Source: Acidimicrobiia bacterium
GTDB taxonomy: Bacteria; Actinomycetota; Acidimicrobiia; UBA2766
Direction of reading: 5' to 3'
DNA length: 64,000 nucleotides
Assembly (NCBI GenBank): GCA_046331095.1
Contig: JAXLRM010000004.1
Span: forward strand, 68,316 to 132,315
Shown here: positions 1 to 9,990 of the stretch, piece after piece
How positions within the stretch are numbered: the stretch's first letter is position 1
Layout: each line of letters begins with the position of its first letter
Notes under the pieces: model-generated
What the model was told of the DNA's origin: nothing
Database searches by the model: none
Seen by the model: the letters and a program-made list of their open reading frames with translations, nothing else
Program-made: the position numbers and the translations under genes

Positions 1-98
1 TGGCGGAATTGCTGGAAGCCCCGCTGGCGACCCTGGACCGCCGCCTCGCCGCGGCGGCAGGGCCGACCTGCGAGTTCCGCACACCGGCAGGCCCCTGA
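1..98 (+). CDS. 3' end of an unidentified CDS entering from the left edge (partial)
   Basis: Frame 3 is open from nt 3 to TGA 96-98 (AELLEAPLATLDRRLAAAAGPTCEFRTPAGP*). Third codon positions are G/C-rich like the neighbouring genes. Too short to assign a family. Confidence 0.3.
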   Translation, partial: AELLEAPLATLDRRLAAAAGPTCEFRTPAGP

Positions 99-124
99 GG
101 CGCTCCCGGCGCGGCGGCCGTGAG

Positions 125-1216
125 TCAGGGCGAGAAGCGGACTATGTCACCGCCGCCGGGGACGAAGATGTTCGTGGTGGCGAAGAGCCGACCGCCGCAC
201 CACTCGAGCGCAGCCGGCATCTCGAGATCCGCGACGGGCGCCGGCCCGCCGTGGACGACCTTGGACACGCGCCCGGCGAAGAGCTCGGCGACGTAGATCG
301 AGCCGTCGCCCGCGACGGCCAGGTTCGTGGCCCCGCCGAAGCCCTTGGCGATCATGTTCGGTCGCCCACCCCAGGGGTTCACCTCGAAGACCGATCCGTT
401 GTAGCCGAGGCTGTCGTCCTCGACCCCGCCGGGCAGGGACGTGACGAGCACCTTGCCCGCGCGGCTGAGCTCGACGTCGGTCGGGACCGGCTCGAAGCGC
501 ATGACGCGCCCCGCCACGCACGGAGGCAGGCCGTTGGCAGCGGCACCAGCGGCGGTCACCGTCACCGGGATCGGCGGCAGGACGGCCGTAGTCCTGATGC
601 GGCCGAACCAGTCGACGAAGAGGATGTCGTTGCCGCCGGCCTCGGCGACGAATACCCCGAGCGGTGTCGCGGCCAGGGCGTAGGGGTGGGAGTCGACGAG
701 ACCCTTGTAGGGCAACACGAACGGCTTGAGCTCGTCGGGGATCTGGTCGGCACATCCGGCGGGGAGGCTCTTGAACCCGTACGTGTTCACCTGGTCGGGG
801 TTCTTGGCCTTCTCGTAGGCGCCGAGGTCCGCGAGTGTGCGGACGTTGCCGTGGACGTCGCGCACCTTCAACAAGTGCTCACCGGCATCGAAGTCCGACG
901 TCGTGAAGAGGACGCCGCCGAAGGGCGCGAACGCCACACCTCCTGGACCCGCCGGGGCGGTGTCGACCAGGTCCGACACGTTGCCGTGCGCGTCCACGAC
1001 GCTGACCTTGGTGGCCTGGGTCACGAGGATCCGACCCTGGGCGCCGACGTCCATCTGCAGCGGCATGTCGAGGCCGCCCGCGACCACCACCGGGCCGGGC
1101 GTGGGGGTCGTCGCCCGTGCCTGCTGTGCGAGCACCGGCGCTACCGCGACAGCGAGCGCGGCACCGAGCGTCACCAACTTCCGTCTGGTCTTCTGCGCGC
1201 GTCGTCGTTCTCGCAT
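125..1216 (-). CDS. secreted beta-propeller-like protein (ScyD/ScyE-like)
   Basis: 363-aa ORF. N-terminus MRERRRAQKTRRKLVTLGAALAVAVAPVLAQQARA looks like a Sec/Tat signal peptide. Repeated blade-like segments (GVFVAEAGGNDILFVD, GSIYVAELFAGRVSKV) resemble ScyD/ScyE or NHL-type propellers from memory. Confidence 0.7.
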   Translation of the reverse strand: MRERRRAQKTRRKLVTLGAALAVAVAPVLAQQARATTPTPGPVVVAGGLDMPLQMDVGAQGRILVTQATKVSVVDAHGNVSDLVDTAPAGPGGVAFAPFGGVLFTTSDFDAGEHLLKVRDVHGNVRTLADLGAYEKAKNPDQVNTYGFKSLPAGCADQIPDELKPFVLPYKGLVDSHPYALAATPLGVFVAEAGGNDILFVDWFGRIRTTAVLPPIPVTVTAAGAAANGLPPCVAGRVMRFEPVPTDVELSRAGKVLVTSLPGGVEDDSLGYNGSVFEVNPWGGRPNMIAKGFGGATNLAVAGDGSIYVAELFAGRVSKVVHGGPAPVADLEMPAALEWCGGRLFATTNIFVPGGGDIVRFSP

Positions 1217-1344
1217 CGGCTTCTCCTTGCTGTGCGGCTGGCGGCACCTGGCACGTTGAACCCGCGGTACCGCGTTGTCAAGCGCGTGCCCGATCCTCGC
1301 GGCATCGAGAAAGTCCCGGCGTCGACCTGCTCTACTACCGATTC

Positions 1345-3003
1345 ATGCAGGATGCCGAGGGGACCCGGACAGAGAGTCGTCGAGGGGCAGCGGGCGGCGT
1401 GCTGATGATCCTGGCCGCGGGCCAGTTCGTCATGACGCTCGACAGCTCGGTGATGAACGTGTCGATGGCCACCGTCGCCAACGACGTCGGCACGTCGATC
1501 ACCGGCATCCAGACCGCCATCACCATGTACACGCTCGTGATGGCGTCGCTGATGCTGACCGGCGGCAAGATCGGGTCGATCATCGGCCGCAAGCGGGCGT
1601 TCCTGATCGGCTGCTGTATCTACGCGGCGGGGTCGTTCACCACCGGCATCGCGCAGAACCTGGCGACGCTGCTCTTCGGCTGGTCGCTGCTGGAGGGCAT
1701 GGGCGCCGCGTTGATCCTCCCGGCGATCGTGGCGCTCGTGGCAGCCAACTTCGAGCCGGCAGCGAGGCCACGCGCGTACGGGCTCGTGGCGGCGGCCGGT
1801 GCCATCGCGGTGGCGGCAGGCCCGCTCATCGGCGGGCTCGCGACCACGTACGCGTCGTGGCGCTACGTGTTCTTCGGCGAGGTGGTCATCGTCGCGGTCA
1901 TCCTCGTGTTGTCCAGGGTGGTCGCCGACGTCGAGGTGACCGACAAGCCCAAGCTCGACCTCGTCGGCACCGTGTTGTCGGTCGTCGGGCTCGGCATGGC
2001 GGTCTACGGCGTGTTGCGCTCGAGCGAATGGGGCTGGGTCACGCCCAAGCCGGGAGGCACCGCGTGGCTCGGCGTGTCCCCGACGTTCTGGCTGATCCTC
2101 GCGGGTGGCGCGGTGATCTGGCTGTTCCTCATGTGGGAGCGGCGCCTCGTACGCCTCGGCAAGGAACCGCTGCTGCGACCGGAGATGCTCGCCGTCCCGC
2201 AGTTGAGCGGCGGACTGGTGATGTTCTTCTTCCAGTTCCTGTTGCAAGCAGGCGTGTTCTTCATCGTCCCGCTGTTCCTGTCCGTGGTGCTGGCGTTGAG
2301 CGCGATCGAGACGGGTATGCGGATCATGCCGCTGTCGATAGCGCTGCTGATCGGAGCGGTAGGGGTTCCCAAGGTCGCGCCCCACGGCTCGCCGCGGCGT
2401 CTCGTGCGCATCGGGATCCTGCTCATGCTCGTCGGCATCGTCGTGCTCATGGGCGGCATCGACGTCGACGCCAACGCGGGAGTCGTCGCGATCCCGATGC
2501 TCGCGATCGGGCTCGGCATCGGGTTCCTGGCGTCCCAGCTCGGCGCGGTCACGGTGTCCGCGGTGCCCACCTCCGAGAGCGGCGAGGTCGGCGGGCTCCA
2601 GAACACCGCCACCAACCTGGGCGCCTCTCTCGGAACCGCGCTGGCCGGCTCGATCATGATCGCCGTCCTCACCGCCTCCCTCATCACCGGCATCGAGCAC
2701 AACCCCGACGTCCCGGATTCGGTCAAGTCCCAGGCATCGGTGCAGCTCGCCTCCGGTGTCCCGTTCGTGTCCGACACGGACCTCGAGGCCGCCATGGAGG
2801 GGGCCGGAGCTCAACAGCACGTCACCGACGCGGTCGTCGAGGAGAACCGCAAAGCCCGCATCGAGGGCCTCGACGCCGGCCTCGCCGTGCTCGCACTGCT
2901 CGCCGTGCTCTCGCTCTTCTTCACGGGGCGGATCCCCACGACACCGATCGGTGACTCCACCGAGGACGACGACGCCGCCGACGAGTCGATCGAAACCGCC
3001 TGA
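1345..3003 (+). CDS. MFS transporter, DHA2 (EmrB/QacA-like) drug:H+ antiporter family
   Basis: 552 aa from ATG 1345; the upstream part of the 628-aa ORF is R/P-rich and not membrane-like. Many hydrophobic spans. Motifs LDSSVMNVSMATV and GGKIGSIIGRKRAFL are typical of 14-TMS MFS exporters. Confidence 0.9.
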   Translation: MQDAEGTRTESRRGAAGGVLMILAAGQFVMTLDSSVMNVSMATVANDVGTSITGIQTAITMYTLVMASLMLTGGKIGSIIGRKRAFLIGCCIYAAGSFTTGIAQNLATLLFGWSLLEGMGAALILPAIVALVAANFEPAARPRAYGLVAAAGAIAVAAGPLIGGLATTYASWRYVFFGEVVIVAVILVLSRVVADVEVTDKPKLDLVGTVLSVVGLGMAVYGVLRSSEWGWVTPKPGGTAWLGVSPTFWLILAGGAVIWLFLMWERRLVRLGKEPLLRPEMLAVPQLSGGLVMFFFQFLLQAGVFFIVPLFLSVVLALSAIETGMRIMPLSIALLIGAVGVPKVAPHGSPRRLVRIGILLMLVGIVVLMGGIDVDANAGVVAIPMLAIGLGIGFLASQLGAVTVSAVPTSESGEVGGLQNTATNLGASLGTALAGSIMIAVLTASLITGIEHNPDVPDSVKSQASVQLASGVPFVSDTDLEAAMEGAGAQQHVTDAVVEENRKARIEGLDAGLAVLALLAVLSLFFTGRIPTTPIGDSTEDDDAADESIETA

Positions 3004-3009
3004 GCGGCC
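2878..3009 (+). repeat. direct repeat copy A (MFS gene 3' end)
   Basis: 132 nt covering the last 41 codons of the MFS gene, its TGA and 6 nt beyond. It recurs at 5873-6001 with 2 substitutions and one short divergent patch (3-nt length difference). Confidence 0.9.
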
Positions 3010-3026
3010 ACGGAGGCACCTGCGGT

Positions 3027-3797
3027 TCAGCGAGTGGAGTGCCGGGCGGCGACGCCGCGCAGGTCGCCGTCCGCGTCGAACCACGCCTCGACGGGCCCGA
3101 AGCCGCCCGCCGCGAGCGCCGCTGCGAGCACACGATCCTGGCTGCCGCCGACCTCGGTTAGGAGCCACCCGCCGTGGCGCAGGACCCGCGCCGCGGACTC
3201 GACGACGCGCCGCACCACGTCGAGGCCGTCCGCGCCGCCGTCGAGGCCGAGCGGGGGCTCGTGATCCCTGACGTCGGAGGGCAACAACGCGAGGTCCGGC
3301 GTCGGCACGTAGGGCGCCACCGCGGTGACGACGTCGAAGGCGTCCGAGCCGAGGGGCCGGCCGAGATCGCCGACGACGACCGGCACACCGTTGCTGCGGG
3401 CACAGGCGGCAGCACGTGTGCTCGCGTCGACGCCGACGACCGACGCCGTGGTCACGGCCGCCATGAGGTGGACAGCGACGGCACCGGAACCCGTGCAGAG
3501 ATCCGCCGCCCGCGGTCGGTTCCCGCACGCCGCCAGGAGCGCGGCTGCCCGACGGGCGAGGTCCTCGCTCTGGGGGCGTGGTACGTACACCCCCGGGTGG
3601 ACGCGGACGGTGTGGCCGCAGAACCGTGTCGTGCCGGTGATCCAGGCGAGGGGCTCACCGCGCTCGCGGCGGGAGACGAGTGCCTCGAGCACCGTGTCGT
3701 CGCGGGTGGCCGACGTCAGCGCGACCGCCTCTGCACGTGCGGCGACACAGCCCGCGGCGGCCAGCCGCGCCGCGACGAGGTCGAGGGTGAGCCTCAT
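3027..3797 (-). CDS. putative protein N5-glutamine methyltransferase (HemK/PrmC-like SAM methyltransferase)
   Basis: 256 aa from ATG 3797 (MRLTLDLVAARL..). SAM-binding motif DLCTGSGAVA. HemK-like core with VAPYVP in the position of NPPY. Confidence 0.8.
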   Translation of the reverse strand: MRLTLDLVAARLAAAGCVAARAEAVALTSATRDDTVLEALVSRRERGEPLAWITGTTRFCGHTVRVHPGVYVPRPQSEDLARRAAALLAACGNRPRAADLCTGSGAVAVHLMAAVTTASVVGVDASTRAAACARSNGVPVVVGDLGRPLGSDAFDVVTAVAPYVPTPDLALLPSDVRDHEPPLGLDGGADGLDVVRRVVESAARVLRHGGWLLTEVGGSQDRVLAAALAAGGFGPVEAWFDADGDLRGVAARHSTR

Positions 3798-3912
3798 CGT
3801 CGCGGCAACTCGGCGTCCACGGTGCCATCTTAGGAACCGACCCCCCCGGGCAGGACCCGGACGGCGCGGCGTGGCACAATCGCCGTCCGCCGTCATACGG
3901 AGCCGCCGCGAT

Positions 3913-3961
3913 CGCTCGACCCTCACCGGCGAGTACCTGGCCGCTTACGTCGGCGCCTGAG
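3913..3961 (+). repeat. orphan 49-bp copy of the uvrA2-like gene 3' end
   Basis: cgctcgaccctcaccggcgagtacctggccgcttacgtcggcgcctgag is identical to 9931-9979 (last 15 codons [18 protein letters not shown] and 1 nt beyond). Here it lies in an intergenic gap with no ABC ATPase sequence upstream. Confidence 0.9.
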
Positions 3962-4004
3962 CGACGAGTGCTCTAGTGGTGGGGGTGGCCGTGGTGGTGC
4001 TGCG

Positions 4005-4991
4005 TCAGCGCAGCAGCGACGGTGGCCGGGAGCGGAGGATCTTCTCGGCGTTGCCGCAGATGCGCTCCATGACCTCGGCCGCGGGCCGGATCGCGTCGAC
4101 CAACCCCGCTGCCGACCCGTACGGAAGATGGTCGGTTTCAGGGTCGGGGTTCTCGGTGGCGTAGGCGTGGTCTGCGGCAACCCGCCCGCGCTGGTTGCGC
4201 AGCTCGTCCTCGCGCCCGTCCCAGGTGTCGCTGAAGCGGTTGCGGTGGACCCGCTCGCCGATCGACTCGGGCCACGGCAGCCCACCGAGCACGTCCCAAG
4301 CTTTGGTGAAGACGGTGTCAGTGCCGTCGGAGCCGACGATGAGGTCCTTGAAGACGTCATGGATCTCCACCAGTTCGGGGGTGGCCATGAACGCTGTGCC
4401 GACGAGCGCACCGTCGGCGCCCGCGACGAGCGCGGCCGCCATGGTTGGCCCGTCGGCTATGCCCCCTGCTGCCAGTAGCGGCACGTCAGGGTGGCGCGTA
4501 GCCACCGCTGACAGGAACGGGAACAGAGCCATGTGGCCGGTGTGGCCCCCGGCTTCGTTGCCCTGGACCACGAGGACGTCGGCGCCGGCTTCGACAGCGA
4601 GGTCCGCGTCGGCCAGGGCCTGGACCTGGCAGATCGTGTGCGCCCCGGCCTCGGCGGCTCGTTCGATCCACGGCCTCGGGTCGCTGAAGGAGAACATGAC
4701 CACCGGCGCGCCGGCGGCGAGAGCCGTGTCGAACAGCGGGGCCGTGAAGTCAAGGAACGGGGTGATGAACCCGATCGCGAACGGGCGATCGGTGCGAGCA
4801 CGGACCGTCTCGACCTCGGCTTCGATCCAGCCCGGGCCCTTCAGGGTCATCCCCCCGAACGAACCGAGCCCGCCTGCGGCCGAGACGCCACCCGCGATCG
4901 TCCCGCCGCTGTGCAGGGCCATCGGCGCCGACATGATCGGGTAGTCCAGCCCGAACATCTCGGTGAAGCGTGTGCTCAGCATCCAGCTCAC
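4005..4991 (-). CDS. nitronate monooxygenase family FMN oxidoreductase
   Basis: 328 aa. Family-typical motifs IMSAPMA, VVQGNEAGGHTG and LLAAGGIADG. Confidence 0.9.
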   Translation of the reverse strand: MSWMLSTRFTEMFGLDYPIMSAPMALHSGGTIAGGVSAAGGLGSFGGMTLKGPGWIEAEVETVRARTDRPFAIGFITPFLDFTAPLFDTALAAGAPVVMFSFSDPRPWIERAAEAGAHTICQVQALADADLAVEAGADVLVVQGNEAGGHTGHMALFPFLSAVATRHPDVPLLAAGGIADGPTMAAALVAGADGALVGTAFMATPELVEIHDVFKDLIVGSDGTDTVFTKAWDVLGGLPWPESIGERVHRNRFSDTWDGREDELRNQRGRVAADHAYATENPDPETDHLPYGSAAGLVDAIRPAAEVMERICGNAEKILRSRPPSLLR

Positions 4992-5491
4992 CCCTCGTGG
5001 TCGTGGTCGTGGTCATGGTCGTGTGTGTGGTTGTGGTCCCGCGTGGCGTCCGATTCCCCGAAGACCGTCTCGACGGCACGATGGGCGAGCTCGATCTCGT
5101 CCCAGTCCTCGGGATCGAGAGCGTGGAACACATGCGGGAACAGGTCGTACTCCTCGTCGTCGATGTGGGTCGCCGGCAGCTTCAGCGCTGCTGTCACATC
5201 GGGGCCCGAGGTGCCGTCCCTGAGCTGGCTGTGCAGCTGGTCGTGCTCGGCGATCAACTGGGAGATCTGGTCGTCCATGACCCCGAGGTCGAGCACCTTC
5301 GGGAAGAGGCCGACCTCTTCCTTGGCGGCGTGGATGTCGAGGAGGGCCGTGAACTCCGCGAACACCGCGGAGGCATCGCTGTGGGCCGCGATCGCGCCGG
5401 CCAGACGGCGGCTGAGAGCTTGGAGCCTGACGTGTTCGGCGGCGAGCTCGGCGGTCGGCCCCGATTCACGGCAGCCGCAGTAGTCACACAT
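4988..5491 (-). CDS. hemerythrin-domain protein with His/Asp-rich tail
   Basis: 167 aa from ATG 5491 (MCDYCGC.., an N-terminus common in actinobacterial hemerythrin-domain proteins). HxxxE/H-rich helices. C-terminus DHNHTHDHDHDHDHEG. Its stop overlaps the NMO start by 4 nt (ATGA). Confidence 0.85.
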   Translation of the reverse strand: MCDYCGCRESGPTAELAAEHVRLQALSRRLAGAIAAHSDASAVFAEFTALLDIHAAKEEVGLFPKVLDLGVMDDQISQLIAEHDQLHSQLRDGTSGPDVTAALKLPATHIDDEEYDLFPHVFHALDPEDWDEIELAHRAVETVFGESDATRDHNHTHDHDHDHDHEG

Positions 5492-5638
5492 GGCCGCTGA
5501 GTCTAAGCACCCCCTCGGACGCGGCTCCTGGGGCCGCTCCGACGCCCCGGCTCCGGTCGCCACCAAGGCGGAGCCTCCGCCGAGGTGGGCGGTACGGTTG
5601 AGGGGTCGAAGGGAACCCCGGGGACGAAGGAGCACGCG

Positions 5639-5995
5639 ATGGCCGACGAGCAGCGCATGGACATCCACGAGGTCGAGCCGGGGGCTCGCAGGGCCGTTCT
5701 CCACCTCAACGCGTATGCCGGCGAAGGCGGCCTCGGCGCGGGCCTGCTCGCCCTCGTCGACATCCGGGCATCACAGATCAACCACTGCGCCTGGTGCCTC
5801 GACATGCACACCGAGGAGGCTCGCCAGGCCGGCATCGAGCAGCGTCAGATCGACCTCGTGGCTGCGTGGCACGGCCTCGCCGTGCTCGCACTGCTCGCCG
5901 TGGTCTCGCTCTTCTTCACCGGGCGGATCCCCACGACACCGATCGGTGACTCCACCGAGGACGACGACGCCGCCGACGCCGCCGAAACCGCCTGA
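5639..5995 (+). pseudogene. truncated carboxymuconolactone decarboxylase/AhpD-like gene fused in frame to a duplicated MFS tail
   Basis: Residues 1-78 carry the CMD/AhpD core motif (SQINHCAWCLDMH) but stop after ..LVAAWH. From 5873 the ORF continues into the repeat copy encoding GLAVLALLAVVSLFFTGRIPTTPIGDSTEDDDAADAAETA*. Confidence 0.7.
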
Positions 5996-6001
5996 GCGGC
6001 C
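5873..6001 (+). repeat. direct repeat copy A' (displaced MFS 3' end)
   Basis: 129 nt nearly identical to 2878-3009, in the same orientation. Flanks differ on both sides. Confidence 0.9.
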
Positions 6002-6197
6002 GCACACTGGAGCCGTGTTTCAGCTCGTCGGCGTCGCAGAGCATGCGGCCCACCAACCGCAGGCGCGTCGCCCTCGAGCGTGTCCGTGCCCCCGAGTGAT
6101 GCACGACCGCCTCAATGCCGGCGCCCGTATCCTCGACGACGCCGTGTGCCCCGGCGGGCAACAGGGCATGGCCCTCGGTCGTGGGGTGAGCGCGCAA

Positions 6198-6233
6198 TAG
6201 GGGAGGGCGCTTCCGCGGAAGCGCCCTCCCCTA
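6198..6233. terminator. perfect 36-bp GC-rich palindrome, candidate bidirectional intrinsic terminator
   Basis: taggggagggcgcttccg|cggaagcgccctccccta is its own reverse complement. It lies 18 nt past the stop of the 6251-6997 minus-strand gene. No clear U-tract. Confidence 0.5.
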
Positions 6234-6250
6234 CTGCTTGCGGCCACGGG

Positions 6251-6997
6251 CTATCCCTTCCGTCCCATCTGGAACCAGCCGTTGTCGGCGTCGGCGGGTG
6301 TGAGGTAGGTGGTGCTGTGTTGGCCGGTTTGGTATCCGGATCCTGCGGTTGCTGAGTGCACTTCGACGCGGCCGGATCCGGTGTCCTTTGTCTTGACGAA
6401 ATAGAGGTCGCTTGGTCCAGGCCCCGGAGGAGGAGGAGATCCGACGTTACCGAAGCGCCAGACATACGCGGCCGCTCCCCGAGCTACAGCGTAGGAGGCC
6501 GGTGCCCAGGAGTGCTCGGATACCTTCTCATCCAGATTCCAGTTGGAATCCCGCACTACGTAGGTGCCCTGGGTCGAAGTCCGGGCAACGATGATGGCGG
6601 TGTGGAGCCCGTTCCATGTTGGATAGTCCGAGTTCCTCTGTGCGGGATTGATTGTCTGGATCAGGTCCCCAGGCTGGCCATCATTGGTGCCGATGAGAGT
6701 GCCACCAGCATTCTGGTAGGCGCCGAAGTACGCTCCGCCAGGTGATCCGTATCCGCCAACCCGAGCAGAGATACCATTGGCGACCAATACTGAGTTGACG
6801 ACGTTCTGCGCGAACACTTTGCATTGGCCTTCGCGTGTTCCGATGCCATATGAACGTGCTCGTTCGGCTATTTGTTGCGCGGGGAAGGCCCACGCCCTCG
6901 CCGCGGTACCCTGGATTGCGAAAGTTGCGCCAGCGAAGGCGAATACAAGCAGCAACGACATCAGAATTCGTTGCCGACGCATGACGAGCGATCTCAT
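6251..6997 (-). CDS. secreted papain-fold amidase (CHAP/NlpC-P60-like) with C-terminal lectin-like repeat
   Basis: 248 aa. Signal peptide MRRQRILMSLLLVFAFAGATFAIQG. Candidate Cys-His-polar triad (GQCKVFAQN, GLHTAIIV, VRDSNW). Pro-rich linker PPPPGPGP, then a LYFVKTKDTGSGRVEVHS..NGWFQM unit. Region has visibly lower GC than its flanks. Confidence 0.7.
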   Translation of the reverse strand: MRSLVMRRQRILMSLLLVFAFAGATFAIQGTAARAWAFPAQQIAERARSYGIGTREGQCKVFAQNVVNSVLVANGISARVGGYGSPGGAYFGAYQNAGGTLIGTNDGQPGDLIQTINPAQRNSDYPTWNGLHTAIIVARTSTQGTYVVRDSNWNLDEKVSEHSWAPASYAVARGAAAYVWRFGNVGSPPPPGPGPSDLYFVKTKDTGSGRVEVHSATAGSGYQTGQHSTTYLTPADADNGWFQMGRKG

Positions 6998-7379
6998 GAC
7001 AGGCTCCCATTCTGCCGGTGGGTACCTAAGGGAGCGCCACGCTCCCTTGCGAATGCCGCGACAATCGCGATGGGACGCCGTTTCCGACGCGAATCGTGCG
7101 CTGGAGCCGTGCCTTGCATGTTGTGCCTCCGTGTCTTACGCCATTGACAGGAGGCTGACAGCACATCCTGTCCCGCTGCTGTCCGAGCGACCGGTCCCGT
7201 CGACAGACCTGGCCACCCGCCGTACGCCTTGGACGGATCGGATCGCCTCCCTTATTCCAGGAAAGTCAGATCAGGCTCGCCCAGAACGGCGCGGCCATGG
7301 GGTCGTGGCATGATCGCCCACGTGACCGTCGAGCCTGCGAAGCGCCCGCGCCGCGAGGCACGTAGCGTGCCCCGTGAAC

Positions 7380-7532
7380 ATGACGATCCATACCAACTTC
7401 CTCCCGCGCGACGACCCCGACGCCTCGCTGGCCTTCTACCAGGACACCCTCGGCTTCGAGGTCCGCAACGACGTCGGCAAGGGCAACGAGAAGAGCGCCA
7501 AGAAGGACTTGGCGGCGCTCCCCGAGGACTGA
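7380..7532 (+). pseudogene. N-terminal fragment of a VOC (glyoxalase/bleomycin-resistance fold) gene
   Basis: The 50-codon ORF MTIHTNFLPRDDPDASLAFYQDTLGFEVRNDVGKGNEKSAKKDLAALPED* starts like VOC-family proteins (..SLAFYxDxLGFEV) but ends after about 35 family-like residues. Confidence 0.5.
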
Positions 7533-7593
7533 GCGGGCTGATCAGGTAGACAAGGGCCGCCGCCCACCCGCTCCCGCCGAGGACACCACTGCC

Positions 7594-9978
<2,385 letters not shown>

Positions 9979-9990
9979 GTGACGGGTGCT

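Noticed and set aside
1171-3528. 785-aa minus-strand ORF and the 559-aa alternative plus-strand frame (1275-2954)
   Set aside because: Both overlap the MFS gene, whose frame alone yields hydrophobic TM helices. These frames give R/H/D/P-rich low-complexity sequence.
2878-6001. Integrative element inserted into the MFS gene 3' end, with attL/attR being the 130-bp repeats
   Set aside because: The interval holds no integrase, excisionase or mobility gene and consists of ordinary metabolic genes. Rearrangement or duplication decay explains the repeats better.
5916-6197. 93-aa minus-strand ORF (MRAHPTTEGHALLPAGAHGVVEDTGAGIEAVVHH..) as a real gene or gene remnant
   Set aside because: The 5' two thirds have coding-like third positions, but I cannot place them in any family. 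The 3' third is merely the antisense of the duplicated MFS tail. Left unannotated as a possible remnant.
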